Below, piece by piece: positions 1 to 12,230 of a stretch of 64,000 nt of DNA. The notes below the pieces were generated by a model. It had not been told where the DNA came from. It saw only the letters and a list, made by a program, of their open reading frames with translations, and ran no database searches. Both the position numbers and the translations under genes were made by a program. The number at the start of each line of letters is the position of its first letter. Within the stretch, counting starts at the first letter, position 1. Origin of the DNA: Phyllobates terribilis (Eukaryota); assembly GCF_046119375.1 (NCBI RefSeq), contig NW_027362764.1, forward strand, positions 394,878,001-394,942,000, written 5' to 3'.

Positions 1-1
1 G

Positions 2-2395
2 GTCTTCTCTCCGGATCTCCAGACTCACCGGAGGGACGTTCGTCAGGTCCTGCTCAGGCTAAGGCAGAATCATCTCTACGCTAAATTTGAGAAGTGCCTC
101 TTTGAGCAGACCTCGCTTCCGTTTCTGGGCTACATTATCTCTCAGACCGGCCTACAAATGGATCCTGAGAAACTGTCTGCCATCGAGAAATGGCCCCGAC
201 CGGAGGGGTTGAAGGCCATTCAGCGATTCCTGGGCTTCGCCAACTACTACCGCCTCTTCATACCACACTTCTCTTCCCGTACGGCCCCAATTTCTGCGCT
301 CACCCGTAAAGGTACTAATCCCAAAGAGTGGCCACCCGAAGCAGAGGAGGCCTTTCTTTCCCTTAAACAGGCCTTCTCTTCCGCCTCGGTGCTGCATCGC
401 CCAGATGGCAACAAACAGTTCTTCCTGGAAGTTGACGCCTCCTCCTCTGGAGCCGGAGCGGTACTTACTCAAAAATCATCTTCCGGGAGGATGGTAACTT
501 GTGGCTTCTTCTCTAAACTCTTCTCCTCCTCTGAGCGCAACTATTCCATAGGAGACCGAGAGTTATTGGCCATCAAACTGGCATTGGAGGAGTGGCGTTA
601 CCTGCTCGAGGGGGCTCTTCACCCGGTAATAATTTACACTGACCACAAGAACTTGGCTTACCTTCAGCATGCCCAGAGACTTAACCCGCGCCAAGCCCGG
701 TGGTCCTTGTTTTTTGCTCGTTTTAATTTTGTCCTTCATTTTCGCCCGGCTGACAAAAACGTCAAGGCGGACGCCTTGTCTCGGTCCTTTCTGGTGTCTG
801 ATCTCGAGGAGGATCCGAAACATATCATCGATCCCGCCAGAGTAATGCAGGTGGCTCCCGTGAGTCTAAATCGTCTTCCTCCTGGTAAGACGTTCGTACC
901 AGTACCTGATCGGGAGAAGATCCTACACTGGGGTCATTCGTCTAAACTAGCTGGCCACGCCGGTCAGAAAAAGACCCTCCAGCTTATTACCCGGCACTAC
1001 TGGTGGCCTAACTTGCACAAGGATGTAATAGACTTTGTTTCTGCCTGTGTGTCCTGCGCCCGCAACAAAGTTCCGAGACACCTGCCGGCCGGCCGCCTCC
1101 TACCTCTGCCAGTACCTGCTGCCCCCTGGCAGCATATAGCGATGGACTTCATTACTGATCTACCCGTCTCTGCCGGTTGTACGGTCATTTGGGTGGTCGC
1201 TGACCGCTTCTCCAAGATGGCTCACTTCATTCCACTGCCAGGTCTTCCGTCTGCACCCGAGCTGGCTAAAGACTTTATCCGCCACATCTTCCGTCTTCAT
1301 GGCCTGCCCCGTCACATCGTGTCGGATCGTGGGGTACAGTTCACTTCCCGTTTCTGGAGAGCCACTTGTAAATTGCTGGACGTCACCCTGGACTTCTCCT
1401 CCGCTTACCACCCACAGTCTAATGGTCAAGTGGAGCGGATCAATCAGAACCTGACCAGTTATCTTCGGCACTTCGTTAATGCCCACCATTCTGACTGGGT
1501 GGATCTCCTGCCATGGGCCGAATTCTCGTACAACAATCACGAGAGCGAGTCTTCCTCCAAATCCCCGTTTTTTGTAGTCTACGGTCAGCATCCTCGGATC
1601 CCGTTTCCCGTCTCCACCTCGGCGGACAATCCGGCTGCGGAATCTCTTGTTAACAAATTTTCCTCCATATGGGAGAGTACCCGGTCCGCACTCCTTCTGT
1701 CATCCGAGCGTATGAAAAGACACGCTGACAAAAAACGTCTGGACCCTCCTCAATTCCGCCCTGGGGATAAAGTCTGGCTCTCGTCCAAATATGTCCGGCT
1801 CAAGATCCCTTCCTATAAGTTAGGGCCTCGGTTCATCGGCCCACTGGAGGTCATCAGTCAGATCAACCCGGTGGCCTATAAATTGAAACTCCCGGCCAAC
1901 TTACGGATCCCTAACTCCTTCCATGTGTCTCTCCTCAAACCTGTGGTGCTTAACTCTTTTTCCAAGTCTACAGGTACGCCTCCTGCTCCGGTTTCTGCTG
2001 AGGACGAGTTTGAGGTAGAGAACATTCTTGCCACCAAAAGGGTAAGAGGAAAGACCTTTTTTCTGGTAGATTGGAAGGGGTTTGGTCCTGAGGAGAGAAC
2101 GTGGGAGCCCCGGGAGAATATCCATGCCCCTCTCATCCTAGCTAAATTTCTGTCTGGCCTAAAAAAGGGGGGGCCTAAAGGGGGGGGTACTGTAGCGCTG
2201 GCGTCCCTGCCCTCTGCTAGGCAGGGACGCTGCTCCCCTCACCGCTCTGCTGTCAGCGCGCGCTCCGTCCCGGCGTCCTCTCCCCGCTCTGCTGTCAGCG
2301 CGCGCTCCGTCCCGGCGTCCTCCTCCTGCTCTGCTCTCAGCGCGCGCTCCTTCCCGGCCCCTGTGCTTAGGGTGCGCGCGCTCCCCTCCTCTTAA
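2..2395 (+). CDS. pol: Gypsy pol polyprotein (RT C-terminus, RNase H, integrase, chromodomain), 5'-partial, uninterrupted
   Basis: Frame open from nt 2 (VFSPDLQTH...FLGYII). RNase H motifs EVDAS, DRELLAI, YTDHKNL; HHCC finger (HSSKLAGH...CVSC); integrase MDFIT, SDRGVQF, VERIN; GPRFIGP; chromodomain FEVENIL...FLVDWKGFGPEERTWEP. Confidence 0.95.
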   Translation, partial: VFSPDLQTHRRDVRQVLLRLRQNHLYAKFEKCLFEQTSLPFLGYIISQTGLQMDPEKLSAIEKWPRPEGLKAIQRFLGFANYYRLFIPHFSSRTAPISALTRKGTNPKEWPPEAEEAFLSLKQAFSSASVLHRPDGNKQFFLEVDASSSGAGAVLTQKSSSGRMVTCGFFSKLFSSSERNYSIGDRELLAIKLALEEWRYLLEGALHPVIIYTDHKNLAYLQHAQRLNPRQARWSLFFARFNFVLHFRPADKNVKADALSRSFLVSDLEEDPKHIIDPARVMQVAPVSLNRLPPGKTFVPVPDREKILHWGHSSKLAGHAGQKKTLQLITRHYWWPNLHKDVIDFVSACVSCARNKVPRHLPAGRLLPLPVPAAPWQHIAMDFITDLPVSAGCTVIWVVADRFSKMAHFIPLPGLPSAPELAKDFIRHIFRLHGLPRHIVSDRGVQFTSRFWRATCKLLDVTLDFSSAYHPQSNGQVERINQNLTSYLRHFVNAHHSDWVDLLPWAEFSYNNHESESSSKSPFFVVYGQHPRIPFPVSTSADNPAAESLVNKFSSIWESTRSALLLSSERMKRHADKKRLDPPQFRPGDKVWLSSKYVRLKIPSYKLGPRFIGPLEVISQINPVAYKLKLPANLRIPNSFHVSLLKPVVLNSFSKSTGTPPAPVSAEDEFEVENILATKRVRGKTFFLVDWKGFGPEERTWEPRENIHAPLILAKFLSGLKKGGPKGGGTVALASLPSARQGRCSPHRSAVSARSVPASSPRSAVSARSVPASSSCSALSARSFPAPVLRVRALPSS
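2161..2187 (+). promoter_or_regulatory. Polypurine tract
   Basis: AAAAAAGGGGGGGCCTAAAGGGGGGGG ends 3 nt before the LTR TG. Confidence 0.85.
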
Positions 2396-3100
2396 AGGGG
2401 CCGCGCGCGCCGCCCTAAAGAGTCCCCGGCCAATGGCCGGAGGACTTCATCATATATAAGGCACCTCCTCCAAAATGGAGGTGCCCGAGCAATGTTGTTT
2501 GCACCTGTGTCTCACCTGTGCTTCAGCCCTCAGGTCCCGTTGCCAGTTACCTGCCAGTTTCCTGCCAGTTTCCTGCTAGTTTCCTGCCAGTTACCTGCCT
2601 GAGTCCTGCCTGAATACTTGTTACCTGCCTGCTTGCCTGAGGTCCGACGGTCTGCCTTACTACTCCGGTCAGTCTGTCTATGGACCAGCTTGCCCGCTCA
2701 CCTGGGAGCGCTTCTCCGTTATCTGCCTGCTTGCCAGCCCGGAGGTCCCGTTGTCACGTGCGGTGACCACCAGCTATTCCAGAGACTATTGCCCGCTCAC
2801 CTGGGAGCGCTTCTCCGTTACCTACCTGCCTGCCAGCCCGGAGGTTCCGCCGTCACGTGCCGTGACCACCTGCTATTCCAGAGACTCTCGCTTGCTCACC
2901 TGGAGCACACGTCTACCATCTGCCTGCTAGCCTACCCGGAGGTTCTGCCATCACAGGTCGTACCTACCCCTTACCCAGAGACTGCCCTGATCACTTGCCG
3001 TAACTCCCTGTCCGTTCACCCAGAGACTGCCACCCGCTTCCATACAAGGGCCGCTCCCTTGTATAGTAGCTCAGAGGTTCCGCCTTCCGGACCCGTTACA
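2191..3100 (+). repeat. 3' LTR (910 bp)
   Basis: Starts TGTAGCG, ends CGTTACA (imperfect inverted termini). TATA-like TATATAAG at ~2453; internal 42-bp repeats at ~2242-2360. Confidence 0.9.
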
Positions 3101-3776
3101 CTCATTACTTGAGATTTACAAGCATGCTCGGGTGTTTTCCGAGTATCTTCAGCGTGCTCGGGTGTTATGTTTGAGCCACACCGTGTGCATGATTTGCGAC
3201 TGTTTGACAGCTTTAGTACACGTGAGGAATGCCTGTTTTTTTTACCACTGTATAATACATTGGGGTTATATGAATTTGGACTATTATGATTATTATTATT
3301 GTAATTATTATTACTATTAATAACATTTAAGATGTAAGGTATGGTTGTGCATAGCACAATTACAGATATATAGCTGTAGGATTTAGCTAAACTTTTAACA
3401 ACGTGTTTTGAACTGCATAATACTGCATAATACAGTCGCCTTGAGAGTTATTACAACAAGAGCAGAAGATCTGTGTCATTTAAACTTGACAATAATGACA
3501 GTAATGATAGATAATAAAAAGTCAAATAGTGAACTTTGAAGATCTAAATAATTACAAATGTTAACACTGATCATTTCTTTCCAGTGTGATATATACCTGT
3601 TTCAGGTACATTGCAGCAACTTTGTATTTGCTTCTAAATGGGTATGAAATTTTATCTAAGGGTGAAGTTTTACATTCTGCAACAAAACTCTGTTAAGTAA
3701 ACCAAGCCAATAATACTGTATTACTACCTACAATTACTAACTTTTAATTTCATCCATACTCTTAGAATGAAGTACC

Positions 3777-4348
3777 TGTAAGGTAGCGGTATTGATCGTG
3801 TTGGGGGGGCACTCACTTCACCGGGTTAATTAAAGCACACATGCCAGGTTTTCCAGTAAACTAAAGTCCAGCAGTTTATTACACGTCATAGACTGCTTAT
3901 AACATAGTCCATCTCAGTGGCTCGCAAGAATGTTACACATGTAATGTCCTAGAGCCTTTCAGTGGCAGCTATACCCGCTTGGCTTCAGATACAAACTTCA
4001 GCAAGGTACAGCATCAATGTCCATATAAAGAACCATTTTTACCTTTGCCGGGTCTTAGCTGCTTCTCTCAGCTCTGTTCTGCCACAGCTGTGGCTTTAAG
4101 GCTCCCCAGCTGTGGTCTCCAAGCCACGTGCCTTCCAGGACTACTGGCGTCCCAAACACAGGGATCAGGCCTCTTGCCTCACCAGGCCTCTCTCTGTTTC
4201 CAAACCACCCGGATTTATATATCTTTCTGTGCACACAGGACCTGTGATGATGTCACAGTCATGTGATCAGTCACCTGAGGGGAGGTACATGGTCAGCCAG
4301 AACACACCCCCTGGACATTTTAGCAATGCAGCAAGCCGCTGCATTACA
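3777..4348 (-). mobile_element. Solo LTR (572 bp)
   Basis: Termini TGTAAGGTAGCGG / CCGCTGCATTACA are imperfect inverted repeats; 4-bp TSD TACC on both sides; TATA-like (~4215) and AATAAA (~3876) on the minus strand. Confidence 0.85.
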
Positions 4349-4954
4349 TACCATACACCCAGATATGAAGATCTTTCTCAGGGCATCTAAGAAAGGACAA
4401 AGACGGCAACAGAAAGGTGGAAAACAGTGCTGGGTACATTATGACAAAGCTTCTGTAAACAACTTTAAAATGTTTCTTTCACTATTCTTATTGTCATGTT
4501 TAGAGGTTTGCAAATGTATTCGAGTGGAATTAAATTCTACTAAAATTTTACAAAAATTGGCTTTATAATACTGATATTTTGTAATTCACTCTGTGCCAAA
4601 TTCAGAAAGATGGTGACCAGCCCCTTCTGACACTTTTGTGAACCATAGAGGGTGAGGCAAATAGTTAAAAAAATAATACCTCATCGCTCACCTGTCTCAC
4701 CACACCCACTGCCCACAATTCGATCTTCCTCACCTCTTGTATTCTTCTTCCCTAGCTGTGCACATACTCTTTGGCCTCTTTACTCTAGGCCAGGACCTTA
4801 GGCATGACTAACACTCTAACATCCTAGTAAGTAGTGAAGAAGCTGATAAGCATGTGCACTATGGTGAAAGAGGAAAGGAAAAGCTGTGGAGAAACTAGCA
4901 GTGGGCTGTGGGACCATGGGACAGGTGAGCGGTGAAGTATTTTTTTACATTTTT

Positions 4955-5760
4955 TGTTGACATCCTACTTTTACCATGCTCTGGGTTTTGGAAATACCCC
5001 AGAGAATAATAAGGAACACTGAATTCACGTAACACCAGCATCCTTGCATGCCTCTGCTCCTCCCACCTGGCCGGGACGTCGACTTACACACTGCCCAGGC
5101 TGCATCTCCTACTTCGCCTTCCATATCCCAGGGTCTCTTAAAGAGACAGTGCACACTCCTAATGTGTCCCCAGTCAATAGCTAGGATGCATTTAATACTT
5201 AAGGCACCTCCACCTGTTGAGAGGTGCCTGAGCAACAATTGTAGTTAATCAGTCTGCAGGCTGCTAGCCAGTGATCAGGTCCCTGCACCAATCCAGTTTA
5301 ATCTATACAAGTACCAGTTCTGCTTTCCTGTTCCCATCTTGTCTGTGTGATACCTGAATCTGAAACTACTCTGGCGGCACTAAACCTGAAACCACTCCGG
5401 CAGTACCTGAATTCGAAACTGTTCTGGCTGTACCGGAATCTGAAACCACTCCGATGGTGTCTAACACTGGAACCGCTCCGGCAGCACCATAGTCTGAATC
5501 CCACACTACCAGTACCAGCTCTGGTATACGTCCAATCTGAACAAGCAGCTACATCTATATCCTCTGTATCCGGTCCTGCGTTGGACTACTTGTCCATTCT
5601 ACTGTCCTGACGGGCGGTATCGGGATCTATCCTGGAGTAGCAACTGGCATCTATGTGGGCCCATCAACAGGGGCTCTAGTGAAAACTCAGGCTTAGTTAG
5701 GCCCACCCTAGGCTTTCCCTGGCCTGTAGCGCAGGGGATCCATAATCCACAAGCTTGACA
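4955..5760 (+). mobile_element. Degenerate Gypsy-type solo LTR related to 2191-3100
   Basis: Shares CTCTTAAAG, CAAT, TATA-GGCACCTC...GAGGTGCC-GAGCAA layout; ends ...CTTGACA. No TSD found, so the left boundary is uncertain. Confidence 0.6.
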
Positions 5761-8000
5761 ATTCACAAGAATAACTGCTGTAAATTGAATTTCCCTGTAA
5801 AATCAATGGGATTTGCTGAGTTTTAAAATCAGCAAATCTACTAATCTCTGATCATGTTCCTTTTGTAGCATTTCTAGTCTTTGCTGTGTTCCTTATTTGA
5901 AATACATTAGATAAACTAACTAAACTTGATAAACTTGTGTTTGACCGGCATGGTATCCATTTCTTTAAAAAAAAATAAACTTCTCTCGTACTTACCTGTC
6001 CAGCATAGCCACTGCCCACTGTCCTGTCCTCTGCACCTCTTCTTTCCCTCTTACCTAGACGCCTGCATCCTCTTCAACCTCTTCACTCCAAGTCAGAACT
6101 TCCGGCATGACTAGCCCTCTGACATTCCTGCATGCTGGAAAGAAATAACTTTTGCTGCAAATTATATTTCACTGTAAAATCAGTCTGATTTCCAAATCTG
6201 AATCCTGGCAGATACGCTTATGTTTCTTGTTTCTTATTTCATGTTTCTTTTATAGCATGCTAAAACTGACCTGCAAATATGATTCTCCAGATCAGTACGA
6301 GTACGCAGATACCAAAAGTTCTTTTTTATTTAAATGGTGAAAAACAAATCCAAAGTTTGTAGGAAAAAAAAATGTTGCCATTTTCCGAGACCCGTAGAGT
6401 CTCCATTTTTTGTGATCTGGGGCTGGTTGAGGGCTTATTTTTTGCCTGCCGAGCTGACGTTTTTATTAGTACCATTTTAGGTAGATACAATGTTTTAATC
6501 GCCTGTTATTGCATTGTATTGCAATGTTACTGCAACCAAAAAAACGTAATTTTGCCGTTTTGATTTTTTTTCTCGTTACGCCATTTACCGATTGGATTCA
6601 TTTACTTTATATTTTGATAGATCGGACATTTCTGAACGGAGCGATACCAAATCTGAGTATTTTTTTTAATTGTTTTATCTTGAATGGGGCAAATGGGGGG
6701 TGATTTGAACTTTTTATTTTTTAACCCCTTAACAACATTTGACGTACTAATACGCGTCTGTGCCCTGGGACTTAAGAGCCAGACCCGTATTAGTACGTCA
6801 TGGCGATCGCGCGCGCACACAGGCTGTGCGGGCGCGATCGCCGCCGGGTGTCAGCTGATTGTCACAGCTGACACCCGATACTATGTGCAGGGAGCGGCCC
6901 TGCACCGCTCCCAGCACATTAACCCCCGCGATGCTGCGATCGAAGTCGATTGCAGCATTGCGGGGGCAAGGGGAGGTGATCGCAGATACTCACCTCCTCT
7001 TCCGGCTTCCAGCGCTGTCTGCAAAGGCTTCTCGGGTGTCGCCATGCAGGCGATCAGAGAAAAAAAAATGAAAGTCCCAGAGTGGGACAGAGTAAAAAAG
7101 TGTAAAAACACCCAGAAAGTGAAAAAAAATAAATAAATAAATAAATAAAAAAATAATCCACCAAAAATAAAAATATAATGTACCCATCAATAAATATTAT
7201 TATAAAAAAAAATTAAAAAAAAACAATAAAAGTACACATATTTGGTATCGCTGCGTCCGGAACAACCTGACCTATAAAACTGTTCCACTAGTTAACCCCT
7301 TCAGTGAACACGGTAAAAAAAAAAAAAAAAAAAACGAAGCAAAAAACAATGCTTTATCACCATACCGCCAAACAAAAAATGGAATAACACGCAATCAAAA
7401 AGACAAGTATAAATAAAAATGGTACCGCTGAAAACGTCATCTCGTCCCGCAAAAAACAAGCCAACATACAGCTCCATCAGCCGAAAATTAAAAAAGTTAT
7501 AGCTCTCAGAATAAAGCTATGCTAAAAAATATTTTTTTCTATAAAATTGCTTTTATTATGTAAAAGTGCAAAAGATAGAAAACCGATATAAATGTGGTAC
7601 CGCTGTAAATGGACTGACCCGAAGAATAAAGCTACCTTATCAATTTTCCCACACGTGGAACAGAATAAAAAAAAAAAAAAAACACAATTCCTGAATTGTT
7701 GGGTTTTGTTTATTCTGCCTCCCAAAAATCGGAATAGAAAGCGATCAAAAAATGTCACGTGCCTGAAAATGGCACCAATAACAACGTCAACTCATCCCGC
7801 AAAAAACAAGCCGTCACATGACTGTCTGCCAAAATCTGGAAAAATTATAGCTCTCAAAATATGGCGATGCAAAAACTAGATTTTACAAAAAATGCATATG
7901 ATTCTGGTACTGCTGTAATCACATCGACCCTAAGAATAAAGTCGTCTAATCACTTATACCACATGAGGAATGGCGTCAAAAATAAACTCTTGGGTGAGGA

Positions 8001-8150
8001 TTGGGCTAGGGTTAGGGCTGGGTTTGGGGTTAGGGTTGTGCTATGGTTAGGGTTGTGCTAGGGTTAGGGTTGTGCTAGGGTTAGGGTTGTGCTACGGTTA
8101 GGGCTGGGGCTGGGGTTAGGGTTGGGGTTAGGTTTGTGATGGGGTTGGGA
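8001..8150 (+). repeat. Degenerate telomere-like (TTAGGG-containing) G-rich tract
   Basis: GTTAGGGTTGTGCTAGG-type units and TTAGGG/TTGGGG variants. Confidence 0.8.
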
Positions 8151-8187
8151 TTTTTTTCAAAAGAAAAAAAGATGACGATATGGCGAC

Positions 8188-8360
8188 TAGTGTTGAGCAC
8201 AAGTGCTCGCTACTTGAGTTTGCATCGGGGGCTCTGGTATACATTGAGTATCGTGGGTATTTGAGTGACATGCTCGAGTCTCTGCCCCATAGGCTTCGCG
8301 GCCAAAAAAACTTTACAGGGATTGCCTGCCATGCACAATCGATCCCCGCAAGTTTTTTTT
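8188..8360. mobile_element. hAT MITE terminal fragment
   Basis: TAGTGTTGAGC terminus as in elements A and D; no partner end. Confidence 0.55.
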
Positions 8361-8379
8361 TGGGTGTCTAATAATAAAA

Positions 8380-9140
8380 ATGAAAAATTGTTTTTTTTTT
8401 CACTTTTTCATTTTTACGAATCAATTTGTGAAGCACCTGGGGGTTCCAAGTGCTCACTATGCATCTAGATAGGTGCCTTGGGGGGTCTAGTTTCCAAAAT
8501 GGGGTCACTTGTGGGGGAGCTCCAATGTTTGGAACCTCTAGGTGCTTCACAAATTGATTCGTAAATATGAAAAAGTGAAAAAAAAAACACATTTTCATTT
8601 TTACGAACCAATTTGTGAAGCACCTGGGGGTTCCAAGTGCTCACTATGCATCTAGATAGGTGCCTTGGGGGGTCTAGTTTCCAAAATGGGGTCACTTGTG
8701 GGGGAGCTCCAATGTTTGGGCACACAGGGGCTCTCCAAACGCAACATGGTGTCCGCTAACAATTTGAGCCGATTTTCTATTCAATTTGTTAGCGGACACC
8801 ATGTTGCATTTGGAGAGTCCCTGTGTGCCCAAACATTGGAGCTCCCCCACAAGTGACCCCAGTTTGGAAACTAGAACCCCCAAGGCACCTATCTAGATGC
8901 ATAGTGAGCACTTGGAACCCCTAGGTGCTTCACAAATTGATTCGTAAAAATGAAAAAGTGAAAAAAAAAACACTTTTTCATTTTTACGAATCAATTTGTG
9001 AAGCACCTGGGGGTTCCAAGTGCTCACTATGCTTCTATATAGGTGCCTTGGGGGGTCTAGTTTCCAAAATGGGGTCACTTGTGGGGGAGCTCCAATGTTT
9101 GGGCACACAGGGGCTCTCCAAACACAACATGGCGTTCGCT
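8380..9140. repeat. Serial inverted duplications (fold-back block)
   Basis: A ~130-190 bp segment appears forward, reverse-partial, forward, reverse, forward; main palindrome centre ~8775. Confidence 0.85.
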
Positions 9141-10369
9141 AATTATTCAAGCAAATTTTACAATCAAAAAGTTAAATGGCGCTCCTTCCCATCCGAGCCC
9201 TGCCGTACGCCCAAACAGTGTTTTTTCCCCACATGTTGGGTATCTACGTGCCCAGGGGAAATTGCACAACAAATTTTGGGGTCCATTTTTTCTTGTTACC
9301 CCTGTGAAAATAAAAAAAATTGGGTCTAAAGTAACATTTTTGTGAAAAAAGTTAAATGTTCATTTTTTTCTTCCACATTCAAAAAATTCCTGTGAAGCAC
9401 CTGAAGAGTTAATAAAGTTCTTGAATGTGGTTTTGAGCACCTTGAGGGGTGCAGTTTTTAGAATGGTGTCACTTTTGGGTATTTTCTGTCATAAAGACCT
9501 CTCAAAGTGACTTCAAATGTGATGTGGTCCCTAAAAAAATGGTTTGTAAATTTTGTTGGAAAAATGAGAAATCGCTGGTCAACTTTTAACCCTTATAGCT
9601 CCCTAACAAAAAAAAAATTTGGTTCCAAAATTGTGCTGATGTAAAGTAGACATGTGGGAAATGTTATTTATTAACTCTTTTGTGTGACATATCTCTCAGA
9701 TTTAAAGGCATTAAAAATTAAAATTTTGAAAATTGAAAATTTTCGCCAAATTTCCGTTTTTTTCACAAATAAACGCAAGTGATATCGAAGAAATTTTACC
9801 ACAATCATGAAGTACAATATGTCACGAAAAAAACAATCTCAGAATCAGGGGGATCCATTGAAACGTTCCAGAGTGATTACCTCATAAAGTGACAGTGGTC
9901 AGAGTTGTAAAAATTGGCCCGGTCATTAACGTGCAAACCACCCTTGGGGCTTAAGGGGTTAATTATTTTTTTTTACATTTTTTTTATTTTATTTTTATAA
10001 TATATATTGTTTTGTTTTACTTTCTACTTGCTTCAATAGTCCCCTTGGGAGACTTAAAGCTGTGATCATTCAATCGCCTGTGCTACACATAGCAGGGTTT
10101 CAGGCTTATGTGTAGTATAAATCATGATCATGATTTACGACAGGCACGGTGGTCTTATGCAGACCCCCAGCTGTCATGACAACCCCCGCGATCACATGAC
10201 AGGGGTGCCAATGGGCGAGTCCTGTGACACGCTACCATTGACTCTTTAAGCAATTTGAATCGCTAGTCTTTGATTCCCATGCTCACAAAAAGCCTTGGGA
10301 GCCCATGACCCAGTCATCAATTCAAACCTTACCTTTCACTTGACTACTTTTGGTAAGTACAAGTCCCTG

Positions 10370-10625
10370 CAAACTATGAAGACTCCATAAGAAGTGAAAA
10401 TCTAGAATTGTTCTGAACCATCTTCTAGTCGTGATATTTCAGCCCTTGTCAAAGTCGCCAAGATCCTTCCACTTACTAATTTTTCCTGTTTCCAACACAT
10501 CAACCTTCATAACACTAATAATACTCGCTGCCTAATGGTACCCTTGACAGGTGACATTTTAACAAGGTAATCAATGTTGTTCACTTCGCCTGTCAGTGGT
10601 TTTAATGATATGGCTGATTTGTGTA
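10370..10625 (-). mobile_element. Tc1/mariner 5' fragment
   Basis: Minus strand reads DLGDFDKG (Tc1 N-terminal motif), next to a Tc1-type terminal sequence. Confidence 0.6.
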
Positions 10626-10904
10626 TTACAGTGAGGTATTTATTACATTTGCTCCATATGTGCTTTGCAACATCAAGAAAGTTAGATGTTAACCAGTTGT
10701 GAAAATACCTGTCAAGTGTGCTTGATAAGAAAGGAATTCCACATAAATTTAAGTTGGTATTAGGCATATGGAAATAATAGAAAGTCATGCGAATGTTTGA
10801 GAAAATATTTCTTCATATCCATAATACATATAGACATAAAGCTATAATTTGACATCCTACTTGAACCTATTTAATAGTGCATCTCTATCTAAGGCAAAGT
10901 GTTA

Positions 10905-11354
10905 GGGTATGTTCACACAAAATTTTTAACATGGATTTTTCTGACTGAAAAATCCATATCTAAAAACTTCTTTTAAACAACATGGTCTCGTGGGAATGCG
11001 TAATTTTTGGAGCTCATTTGATGTGGTATTTGATAGTTTTTTAGCATGGTTTTAGATAAATTTTAAGTATAATATAGGGTGCGTCAATATGATGTTACTT
11101 TTGGTGCTCTTCCACTGCAAAAACCTCACCAAAACCCCCCTCAAAATCAGTGTATTTGTATCTGAGTGTATTTTTCCAATTCATATGTGAAATATGATTT
11201 ATATGAAAATGCTTCAATGAATTGACATGATGCTTTGTTTAACACTAGCTAAAAAGGGAATGGAAAGCTTGTAAGCAGATTAGATGTGTTTTTTTTAAGT
11301 GATGATTTTAAGGCGGAATTCATGTCAAAAGCCATGTCAAGAGTGAAAATACCC
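10905..11354. mobile_element. PIF/Harbinger MITE (450 bp)
   Basis: TIR GGGTATGTTCAC / GTGAAAATACCC; 3-bp TSD TTA on both sides. Confidence 0.75.
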
Positions 11355-12230
11355 TTACAATAATCATATAAATGTTTTCATACAAATAAATTGGCAGATA
11401 AATGCTATCCATTCAACCAAATTCAGATTTTACACAGGGTACTTGCAGTTGTTAAAGGAGTGGTCCAAAACTAAAGTTGATATTAATCATTAATGTATAT
11501 TTATTGTAACAATCTAATTGCTTTTCTAATACTCTTTGATTAAAAAATTTCTACCGCTCCGTCTCTTCTCTCCTTTACTTCCTTTTTTTTAAATTCTGAT
11601 TTGATGATGTCTCGTTTGAGAATCTTCAGTGGATACTAGGATATTTTAAAGGGACATAATTTGAGAGCCAATGCTGTGGTCATTGCCAGAGCTGCTTTCC
11701 CCACCATGAAATAAAGCATCATCAGTGACATTTGTTTGGGCTAGTTCCTGCTCTACTGAGCATGCATTGCTTGTCAATTCTGATACATGCTCAGTATGAG
11801 CTCACTTTGTGATATTCCTTTTCAATGCACAGTGACTAGTGTTGAGCATTCCGATACTGAAATATCGGGTATCGGCCGATATTCGCGGTATCGGAATTCC
11901 GATACTTAATTCCGATACTTTTGCAATATCGTATACCGGAATCGGAAGTTCCCATAATGCAATGAGCCATTTTCATTTTATTCAGCCAATGAGGATCCTA
12001 AGAAGTGTGGGCACATCCTGTTAGGCATGTAGGCATCTTAACTAATGGCATGGCTGTGATTGGCTGCTGAAATGATGTCATGATGCACTATAAAAGCCGC
12101 CGCCGCCATTTTGAGCTCACTCTGCTGTGAATTCAGTTAGGGATAGGACGCTGTTGTTCTGAGGGACAGTTTTAGCTACCTATTTGGTCTATTCTGCTTT
12201 ACCCAAGCTACTTTATAAACCGCTGTGCCT

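Larger units (their letters stand above)
1..3100 (+). mobile_element. Ty3/Gypsy chromovirus-type LTR retrotransposon, 3' portion (5' end outside window)
   Basis: RT-RNaseH-integrase-chromodomain order, polypurine tract, and a TG...CA LTR. Confidence 0.95.
6725..9958. mobile_element. Non-autonomous piggyBac-like element (3.2 kb)
   Basis: TTAA|CCCCTTAA ... TTAAGGGG|TTAA termini with TTAA TSD; no transposase ORF. Confidence 0.85.
6258..10245. mobile_element. Truncated non-autonomous piggyBac-like element (family of 50573-51814), interrupted by a second TTAA element
   Basis: 6258-6720 and 9963-10245 match successive parts of 50850-51620. Confidence 0.7.

Noticed and set aside
8001-8150. Relic chromosome end or fusion site
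   Set aside because: Short, degenerate, single orientation, and lying inside a TTAA-flanked transposon.
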